IMG/VR virus record: IMGVR_UViG_3300034095_000254
Reading direction: 5' to 3' (one strand)
DNA length: 64,000 nt
Origin: a virus
The translations under genes and the position numbers were made by a program. The notes beneath the pieces are model-generated. The model saw only the letters and a list, made by a program, of their open reading frames with translations, was not told where the DNA came from and ran no database searches. Positions within the stretch are counted from its first letter, which is position 1; each line of letters begins with the position of its first letter. Below, in pieces: positions 57,035-64,000 of the stretch.

Positions 57035-57973
57035 TTAAGCAGCAAGATATTTGATAATAACACAACCAGTGCTACCTGCAGCACTTGGATTACCTGCGCC
57101 ACCTCCACTACCTCTAAATGATGCCCCTGCTTGGCCAGCAACAGGGCTAGTGTATGGACCACCACCATTACCACCAACACCAGAGCCACCAGTTCCGTTT
57201 ACACCTGGAGATCCAGTAGCAGTACCACCTGCACCACCGCCAGCATAGAACAGTGGACTTCCAGAAATAGAGTATGCTAATCCTGCACCGCCATTACCAC
57301 CACCACTTGGTGTTCCAGCTTGCCCAGCAGCACCTGCTCCTCCGCCACCACCGCCAGATTCTGGTGAAAGATCAAATCCGTTACCACCTGCGTTACCTTG
57401 TCCTGGAGTTCCTGCGCCACCTGATTGTGTTTGGTCACCACCGCCACCGCCACCAGAGCCACCAGCGTTTCCATTCTGGACATAACCACCCCCACGACCA
57501 CCACCAACTGCAGTGTATCCATTAAAAGTTGTATTATTACCAGAGGCATTTGCAGCACCACCACCTCCAACCACAATTCCATATGATGCAGTTCCAAGTG
57601 TCATAGATGATGAATAAATTAATCCACCTGCTCCTCCACCACCACCCCAAGCATTATTTGGTCCACCTTGTGCACCGCCACCACCACCGCCAGCTACCAT
57701 TAATACTTCACATCCTTTTGTACCAGACAGAACTTGGAAAGTTCCATTATCAGTAAATGTATGAATATTATATGAACCAGAAGTTGTAATTGTACCACCA
57801 GTAGCAACGAACGCACCGATACCAATCCATGTAGAGACTGAGGTATCATAGTATTCAATATAACCAGTTGAACTGTTGGCACGAAGCATTCCAGCAGTTG
57901 GGGTTCCAGGTCGTTGTGCTGTGGTTCCAACTGGAAGTGTTAGTGCGTGTTCACCTAAAATTGTACTTGGCAT
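57035..57973 (-). CDS. Glycine-rich virion protein, paralogue B
   Basis: LPVGTTAQRP..GMLR; VLMVAGGGGGG; GxG-rich; G(C/I)VIIKY end. Confidence 0.8.
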   Translation of the reverse strand: MPSTILGEHALTLPVGTTAQRPGTPTAGMLRANSSTGYIEYYDTSVSTWIGIGAFVATGGTITTSGSYNIHTFTDNGTFQVLSGTKGCEVLMVAGGGGGGAQGGPNNAWGGGGGAGGLIYSSSMTLGTASYGIVVGGGGAANASGNNTTFNGYTAVGGGRGGGYVQNGNAGGSGGGGGGDQTQSGGAGTPGQGNAGGNGFDLSPESGGGGGGAGAAGQAGTPSGGGNGGAGLAYSISGSPLFYAGGGAGGTATGSPGVNGTGGSGVGGNGGGPYTSPVAGQAGASFRGSGGGAGNPSAAGSTGCVIIKYLAA

Positions 57974-58010
57974 TTGTTATCCTCTAAAATCTTTATTATT
58001 TATTAATGTT

Positions 58011-58424
58011 CTATAATGCTTTATTTTTTTCATCCCAGCTGGTAGTTTCTTCATTCCAAACATAGAAATATCTATGAGTGGTATCAAACCATCCTTCTGG
58101 ACATGCAATTGGTGGTTCCCAGAGACATGTGTCTTCATTGAGAATCCAAGACGCATATGGTTTTGGTGGAATAAAAGCATCTCGCACAAAATCATATGTA
58201 AAACCAATACCTGCGTAATTCTTTCTTAGTGCTTTTGTTTGATCTTCAGATGGAATCTGTCCACCTTCAGGTAATTGAGTATAATGTATACCACCCCTTG
58301 TATTATAAGATGTTTGAATCATCCATCCTGGAGTATCATCAATAAATGTGTCAATAAATTCTTGGTCTGCCACAAGAACTTTGTCTACAATACCATGTTC
58401 GTTTACTTTTGCAAAGTGTGCCAT
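58011..58424 (-). CDS. Fibre-associated small protein, paralogue A
   Basis: MAHFAKV, IQTSYNT, LRKNYAGIG, RDAFIPPKP, WILNEDTCLWEPP. Confidence 0.8.
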   Translation of the reverse strand: MAHFAKVNEHGIVDKVLVADQEFIDTFIDDTPGWMIQTSYNTRGGIHYTQLPEGGQIPSEDQTKALRKNYAGIGFTYDFVRDAFIPPKPYASWILNEDTCLWEPPIACPEGWFDTTHRYFYVWNEETTSWDEKNKAL

Positions 58425-58435
58425 ATTAGTTTCCG

Positions 58436-59419
58436 TTAAGTTGCAGCCACATATTTAATAATGACAATACCAGAACCACCACCAGAAGAATTACCTCCAC
58501 CACCGCCACCACCAGTATTTGCAATTCCAGAAACAGATGGTGCACTAGTATTGGTGTATCCAGCAGTACCCTTACCGCCACCGCCAGTACCGCCACCACC
58601 TCCAGATGTTGGAGATTGATTAGTACCGCCACCACCTCCACCGCCACCTCCGTAGTAAGTTGAAGTACCTGATATAGAATACGCTAGACCAACTCCACCA
58701 GCACCACCACCACTTGGTGTTCCACCTTGCCCAGCTGCACCTGCGCCACCGCCACCGCCAGCAGATTCTGGTGCTGGATTTAAACCATCACCTCCTGAAT
58801 TACCTTGTCCTGGAGTACCAGATCCACCAGCACCTTGTGGCATAGCATAGTCGCCACCACCGCCACCACCAGAACCGCCTGATCTACCTACTGATGCAGC
58901 AACACCTTGTCCACCACCGCCACCGCCAACTGCAGTGTATCCATTGAATGTAGTGGCAGTACCATCGCTACCACTACCACTACCCACACCAGTTGCGCCA
59001 CCACCAACACTCACTGTGTATGTGCCAGTTGAAATTGTCATGGATGATGAATAGAGCACTCCACCTGCACCACCACCGCCAGCCCAAGCACCAGTGTTTG
59101 GATATGGATTACTACCCCACATTCCGCCACCACCACCGCCAGCTACCATTAATACTTCACATCCTTTAGATCCAGAAAGAACTTGGAAACTGCCTGTGGT
59201 TAAAAATGTATGAGTAGTAAATCCTCCGCTTGTTACAACGGATCCGCCTATTGCCGTAAATGCTCCAATACCTAACCAGCTTGAAGATCCAGTATCATAA
59301 TATTCAATATAACCAGTAGTAGAATTTACTCTGATCATTCCAGCAGTGCCAGTTGGTCGCTGAGCAGTAGTTCCGACTGGGAAAGTTAATGCGTGTTCAC
59401 CTAAAATTGTACTTGCCAT
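58436..59419 (-). CDS. Glycine-rich virion protein, paralogue A
   Basis: Same architecture as 57035-57973. Confidence 0.8.
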   Translation of the reverse strand: MASTILGEHALTFPVGTTAQRPTGTAGMIRVNSTTGYIEYYDTGSSSWLGIGAFTAIGGSVVTSGGFTTHTFLTTGSFQVLSGSKGCEVLMVAGGGGGGMWGSNPYPNTGAWAGGGGAGGVLYSSSMTISTGTYTVSVGGGATGVGSGSGSDGTATTFNGYTAVGGGGGGQGVAASVGRSGGSGGGGGGDYAMPQGAGGSGTPGQGNSGGDGLNPAPESAGGGGGAGAAGQGGTPSGGGAGGVGLAYSISGTSTYYGGGGGGGGGTNQSPTSGGGGGTGGGGKGTAGYTNTSAPSVSGIANTGGGGGGGNSSGGGSGIVIIKYVAAT

Positions 59420-60318
59420 TATTTACTCTCCAACATTTTTACTTTATCATTTAATTCTTTGATTGCTTCGATTAAAAGAGGAACCAATTTTTCATATTGC
59501 ACTGTTTGATAGTTCTCACCAGAACGAGAGATTTCTGTATTTTCAAACAGCATAATATCAAATGGAGCAGGTTTAACTGCTTCTGGGAGAACTACCTTCA
59601 CATCACCTGCAAGAACACCTACTTGTTTTTCTTTACTAGAATATCCAAATGACTCTGCTAATTGATTTGCATTAAAAGTGACTCCACGAAGAGTCATAAT
59701 TTTATCTAGCGCATTTGGAATAATTTCGATATTCTCTTTTAATCTTTCATCTGAATACCACGAAACAATATCATTAGTGGCACGAATAGATCCAGCAGTT
59801 CCAGAAGCTGCAGTTCCAATACCCAGTGAACCAAATTGTGGATTTGAGGAAGTTGCTAAGTCTTGTGGACCATTAAGAGTAATAACCCCAGAGGTATTAG
59901 TTACTGTAATTCTGTTTGCAGTGCCAGTCAGTGTAGTACTAGTATAAGCACCAGCTGAAGTACCAACCAGTAAACTACCACTAGTAGGTGCAGTAGTAAT
60001 ACCAGTTCCACCAGAAGCGACAGGTAAAGTTCCAGTGGTTAAAGCAGAAGTGCTCGTAGCATAAACTGCTCCACCATTAGTAAAACTCGTTAGCCCAGTA
60101 CCACCTTTAGTCGTGGCAATAGTTGTGGCACTCCAAGTACCAGTCGTAACTGTTCCTAAAGTAACAAGATTAGAGTTACCTGTAAAAGATGCTTCTAATT
60201 TATCAGTGTTTAGATTGATAAAGTTAGTATCAATTTCAGCATTTGTTAGAGGGAGATCTTTCCTAGTGACACCACCTGTGCCAGTAGTTCCCGTTTCTCT
60301 AGTTGTAATCGAAGCCAT
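59419..60318 (-). CDS. Short fibre protein with C-terminal S74 intramolecular chaperone
   Basis: PLTNAEIDTNF N-terminus; YSDERLKENI, YEKLVPLLIEAIKEL. Confidence 0.85.
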   Translation of the reverse strand: MASITTRETGTTGTGGVTRKDLPLTNAEIDTNFINLNTDKLEASFTGNSNLVTLGTVTTGTWSATTIATTKGGTGLTSFTNGGAVYATSTSALTTGTLPVASGGTGITTAPTSGSLLVGTSAGAYTSTTLTGTANRITVTNTSGVITLNGPQDLATSSNPQFGSLGIGTAASGTAGSIRATNDIVSWYSDERLKENIEIIPNALDKIMTLRGVTFNANQLAESFGYSSKEKQVGVLAGDVKVVLPEAVKPAPFDIMLFENTEISRSGENYQTVQYEKLVPLLIEAIKELNDKVKMLESK

Positions 60319-60353
60319 TTATTGTTGTTCCTATGGGTTTTACAATTTATTTA

Positions 60354-61067
60354 TTATTTAGGAGTATTACAATACTGTTCGTAAGTTTGCATATATTCTC
60401 CACTATACTTATTTATAGATGCCTCTAAAATACCTCTAGTTTGAGATTTCCTAGAATCGACATAAAAACGAACCATAATCATGGGTTCATCGCTATAATT
60501 AAAAGCATTATGATAATGATAGCTGTTTAAACAGTATACTTTTCCAGACTCATACGACTCTTCAAATACCTTAATCGGTTTGGTATAGTCTGACCCCCTA
60601 TAATCCATGTAGGTTATAAGACTAAATTTAGATCCTTTAGGCATTACGATTGGAAGATTCCAAACGGATATCCACTCAGGTTGTCCTGCTTCTTTAGCAT
60701 GGCTATGCCACCCTGCAGATCCACCCTTAGAAAACACTTCAATCCTAGCCAATAACTCTCCACCACCAACAGACTGCAAAACGCTATCCAAATACGGACA
60801 TAATTTTATGGCATCTGTTTTAACAAAATTACCATCCCAAGATTCAGCTGGATTAGACTTAACATTACCATCGATACTATACAATGCTATGGAATCCCAT
60901 TTATTCAATTCATCAAGTTCCATAGTTTTATCAAAGGATAATGAACTTCGATATCCTTCTAACTTGTAGGGTAGGTTTTCTATTTCCTGCAGAATTAGAT
61001 TATGGTCAAATTCAATACCTAAAGGTAGGTGTGCGATTTCATTTAACTTATCCAATGTACTCTCCAT
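60354..61067 (-). CDS. AspH-like cupin/non-haem iron oxygenase, paralogue 2
   Basis: LARIE, GWHSH, LNSYHYHNAFN, MVRF; start uncertain (61067-61100). Confidence 0.7.
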   Translation of the reverse strand: MESTLDKLNEIAHLPLGIEFDHNLILQEIENLPYKLEGYRSSLSFDKTMELDELNKWDSIALYSIDGNVKSNPAESWDGNFVKTDAIKLCPYLDSVLQSVGGGELLARIEVFSKGGSAGWHSHAKEAGQPEWISVWNLPIVMPKGSKFSLITYMDYRGSDYTKPIKVFEESYESGKVYCLNSYHYHNAFNYSDEPMIMVRFYVDSRKSQTRGILEASINKYSGEYMQTYEQYCNTPK

Positions 61068-61761
61068 CATAAGCATTGACCGCATCTTGAACCAAATCAT
61101 AAACTAACTCATCTCTAAGATCTGCAAAGAAACGAATAGTCAATCGAACCCCATCCTCATCAAAATTAAACACATTGTGATAATGGTAAGCATTAAAGAC
61201 AACTGGAGTTCCAGGGATATAGGTAGACTCATATACCTTTGGGTTATTAATCCCAAAATCCATACCTCTATACTCTTCATTTGCAATCACAGAATATTTA
61301 AACTTATTCGGCATAGTTATAGGTAACTGAATAATCATCATCGTGTCAGGATGTGATAACTCAAATACATGGTTATGCCACCCCATCACAGTTCCTGGAT
61401 GAATCTCTTCAATCCTTGCCAATGCTTTACCACCACCCAGTTTTTCAACTATGTCATAGGTGTATGGGAGATATTCAGACAAACCAGTTTTTTGGAAGTG
61501 TCCCCAGATTCTTTCTAACTCACCTGGACCAGCACCCTCTAAACGATCGCAGAAAATCTCACCATTGTAACTAAACAAAGATAGATTGTTCCACTTACTT
61601 TTCTCGTGGCCATGATTCTCCTGCATTGTTGCAGCATAAGGCATCAATGGAAATGGACACTCACCGATTTCTTGTTCAATCCGTGCAGCATCATAAGTAA
61701 AATTCAACGGTAGATGAGGAATTCTATTTACTTGTTCAACTAACTTTTCTATATTTCTCAT
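61048..61761 (-). CDS. AspH-like cupin/non-haem iron oxygenase, paralogue 1
   Basis: LARIE, GWHNH, FNAYHYHNVFN, RLTIRF. Confidence 0.7.
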   Translation of the reverse strand: MRNIEKLVEQVNRIPHLPLNFTYDAARIEQEIGECPFPLMPYAATMQENHGHEKSKWNNLSLFSYNGEIFCDRLEGAGPGELERIWGHFQKTGLSEYLPYTYDIVEKLGGGKALARIEEIHPGTVMGWHNHVFELSHPDTMMIIQLPITMPNKFKYSVIANEEYRGMDFGINNPKVYESTYIPGTPVVFNAYHYHNVFNFDEDGVRLTIRFFADLRDELVYDLVQDAVNAYDGEYIG

Positions 61762-63640
61762 TAATAAAGTTTTCGTAATATGTTCTTATCTGGTAGGTTT
61801 TATCGTACTTTGGAGAGATCGAATCTCTATATTTATCCAGTGAATCTTTAAACTGTTTAATAATATCATCTGGAACATCAAGTCCCAAGTCTTCACTAAC
61901 AGAACATAAAAACTCAATGTATTCTTGTTCAAATACATAAACGCAAGATTTGTATATGTAGGAAAAATCCACAGATATACCAGTGAAGGGTAAGTTAAAT
62001 TGTTTGTAATCTACAACTTCATTTCTATTGCCATCCATTAGATACTGCATCTGGTCGTTTAAGTTTTTCATTGCCAAAACATAATCGTTGGTAGATGGAG
62101 AAACTATCTTCTCATAAATCTTTCTAAAGATTAGCGAAGGTGTTTTTAACTTACCATTTTCCATATTATGTTTTACAATTAAGTCTGTAAATCCTATCAT
62201 GGAAACATTTTCAAGAATCCAATAATTCATGAAGAAAAATTCAGTAAAGTCTTTTCTTGTAAACCCATTTGCTTCTACCACAAACTCTACATCAGAAATA
62301 AAATTTGGATCAGCAGATATATGGTAATCACCAAAGGTATTGACATCATCGAATGCATAACTATTCATTCTTGATTTACCAATACAGATTTTTTCTGTTT
62401 TGATATTATGTTGTTTAATATAGCTGGGAGAGTAAGCAGGAGAGTCTGGTAAAAATAACCAAAGATATCTCTCTAAATTGTAACCATACTCATACTGAAT
62501 ATCAACCTCAGCATAAAAGTCGTCTCTGGTATATCCAGGTAATCCCATCATAAACTCAAAGTCAGAACGAATACCATATGTATCAAAAAGATACTGAGCA
62601 AACTCAAAATCTTTCTCACGAGGAATATCGGTTCGTTTGATATTCTTGAGGACTTCGTTATTTAAAGTTTGCAAACTAAGTTTGTATCGTTCAACTACTT
62701 TGGCTCTAGCAAGTGGCTCGATAGTTGCCCATCGTCTTTCTTGTTTAGACTTAGTCATACCATATATTTCTACATGGTTTGGTAAACCTGAGTATCCTTT
62801 AATTGTTTCAATATATTTGGAAACATCCTCATCTTCCAGATATATTCCGTAGTTTGCATCAAGGATTTGAATCTGCTCAATACCAATCTGTGGTATCCAA
62901 TCTAAATCTTCTTTGATCATATCCAAAGGTTTACGGATAACCTTACCACCGATCCCACCACCCCACTCGCAGAACACACATTGGTATGGGCAACCACGAG
63001 TCAACTCAATTGGCATAACCAGTGGGACATTTCTTTCCATGGCAATATTTTTACATTCAAACAGAATGTCTTCATTACCAGAAATTAAACTTGAGGGGAA
63101 GTCGAAGTCAATTTTATTTCTAGTTTTACCACGACCAGTTTTATAAACTGCAAAAGAAACTTCTTTCCAATTAATATCACCTTCTACAGATTGGTCAAGA
63201 ATGTCAGTAATAAACCACTCTCCATAACTTGTTGGTTCGCAGATAGCGTCTACAAATTTATGTTTAATAAACCAATCAAGATTATTGTAGGTGATATTAA
63301 GATGTGGTCCACCAAGTAGAATAATACGATTTGGATTTCGTTTCTTCAATTCTTTAGCCACAGCCATAATAGCCATATGACTCCAAAGATAACTGGAGAA
63401 TGCATAAATCTCTGAGTCTTGTTTATCGTAGTAATCTACAATTTGTTCAAATGACCACCCTTCTAAATTAAGGATTGGTTTTTCCCAAATAACTCTATCT
63501 GGATATTTACCATGTTTCGTGTAGTAGTTCTTAAAGTTCAACCAATTGATTGGCAACCTTTGAATTGGAACACGAAGGTCAATATTAAGAAACGAGATTC
63601 TTATGGATTTTTTGAGTTGCTTCAACATAATCTGTTTCAC
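61736..63640 (-). CDS. Cobalamin-binding-domain (class B) radical SAM enzyme
   Basis: N-terminal B12-binding-like FSSYLWS...LLGGPH; ELTRGCPYQCVFCEW (CxxxCxxC); DANYG, SLQT, GLPG. Confidence 0.88.
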   Translation of the reverse strand: MKQIMLKQLKKSIRISFLNIDLRVPIQRLPINWLNFKNYYTKHGKYPDRVIWEKPILNLEGWSFEQIVDYYDKQDSEIYAFSSYLWSHMAIMAVAKELKKRNPNRIILLGGPHLNITYNNLDWFIKHKFVDAICEPTSYGEWFITDILDQSVEGDINWKEVSFAVYKTGRGKTRNKIDFDFPSSLISGNEDILFECKNIAMERNVPLVMPIELTRGCPYQCVFCEWGGGIGGKVIRKPLDMIKEDLDWIPQIGIEQIQILDANYGIYLEDEDVSKYIETIKGYSGLPNHVEIYGMTKSKQERRWATIEPLARAKVVERYKLSLQTLNNEVLKNIKRTDIPREKDFEFAQYLFDTYGIRSDFEFMMGLPGYTRDDFYAEVDIQYEYGYNLERYLWLFLPDSPAYSPSYIKQHNIKTEKICIGKSRMNSYAFDDVNTFGDYHISADPNFISDVEFVVEANGFTRKDFTEFFFMNYWILENVSMIGFTDLIVKHNMENGKLKTPSLIFRKIYEKIVSPSTNDYVLAMKNLNDQMQYLMDGNRNEVVDYKQFNLPFTGISVDFSYIYKSCVYVFEQEYIEFLCSVSEDLGLDVPDDIIKQFKDSLDKYRDSISPKYDKTYQIRTYYENFINEKYRKVS

Positions 63641-64000
63641 TGTTTATTTTAATAATTCTTGGAGCCAACTGTTTCATATGAACACAGTGCTCTTCAACCA
63701 TATCATGGTGTTTTAAATCTTTAATTGTTTTCTTACACCCATTACAAATTGCAAACATTGGGCAACCAATACATTCATCCTTTAACGAATACAACTCTGG
63801 AGCATTTTGTAGTGGTGTAATAAAGCCACCTTCTTTAACTTCCTTTACAAAGTTAATAGGGTATTCTTTATCATCACCCATCGCTCCACAAGAATAGTAA
63901 TCACCCTCTGGATTTAACGCTCTGATATGATCATCGCAGTTTCTTGCCTGAGGACAAACATTGGCAATATTGTTCAGACGAGTCATCATCTGTTTAGTAT
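63585..64000 (-). CDS. Partial radical SAM protein, C-terminal SPASM domain
   Basis: C-x5-C...NPEGDYYSC...CIGCPMFAICNGC...C SPASM Cys pattern; frame stays open to the window edge. Confidence 0.8.
   Translation of the reverse strand, partial: TKQMMTRLNNIANVCPQARNCDDHIRALNPEGDYYSCGAMGDDKEYPINFVKEVKEGGFITPLQNAPELYSLKDECIGCPMFAICNGCKKTIKDLKHHDMVEEHCVHMKQLAPRIIKINSETDYVEATQKIHKNLVS

Noticed and set aside
56664-59419. Diversity-generating retroelement TR/VR pair
   Set aside because: No reverse transcriptase is in the window, both copies are intact genes, and differences are not adenine-specific.
239-63146. Numerous plus-strand ORFs in the track (e.g. 25453-26265, 46665-47399, 52866-53483)
   Set aside because: They are antisense shadows of well-supported minus-strand genes, arising from codon bias and low-complexity sequence, with no recognisable motifs.
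63585-64000. SPASM rSAM as PqqE partner of the phage pqqA
   Set aside because: It lies 48 kb away, no pqqB/C/D is visible, and the visible fragment is not specifically PqqE-like. Only the C-terminus is in the window.
1-64000. tRNA genes
   Set aside because: No cloverleaf with a T-loop GTTCRA was seen in the short intergenic gaps by eye; tRNAscan-SE would be definitive.

Overview
This is a 64 kb segment of a T4-like myovirus genome (gene order like the T4-like cyanophages and aquatic-heterotroph phages), with essentially every gene on the minus strand. Read in transcription direction (64000 to 1), it contains: (i) a radical-SAM/oxygenase cluster (SPASM rSAM, B12-binding rSAM, two paralogous cupin oxygenases); (ii) tail-fibre, Gly-rich and accessory virion genes; (iii) the neck/tail/head block gp13-14-15-17-18-19-20-(67/68)-21-22-23-gp3; (iv) uvsY-uvsW-gp55-gp47-gp46; (v) an early/accessory region with repeated sigma70-like promoters, a VWA-peptidase plus CobS-like AAA pair and a dATP/dGTP diphosphohydrolase; (vi) gp45-44-62-regA, a 23-aa pqqA gene missed by the ORF track, and hsp20 with a ROSE-like leader; (vii) ligase, DexA, gp43, thioredoxin, uvsX, gp40 and gp41; (viii) a coupled TET/JBP dioxygenase - Ntn amidotransferase - GNAT - unknown operon. 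The most interesting signals are three. First, the TET/JBP and GNAT proteins end in the same SL(E)xF(F/L) peptide as the DNA polymerase, suggesting a clamp-tethered DNA hypermodification pathway. Second, the phage PqqA is Methylophilaceae-like, which suggests a methylotroph host. Third, a RiPP-style rSAM/oxygenase cluster lies directly upstream of tail-fibre genes. All calls are from motif recognition and synteny by eye; no searches were run.
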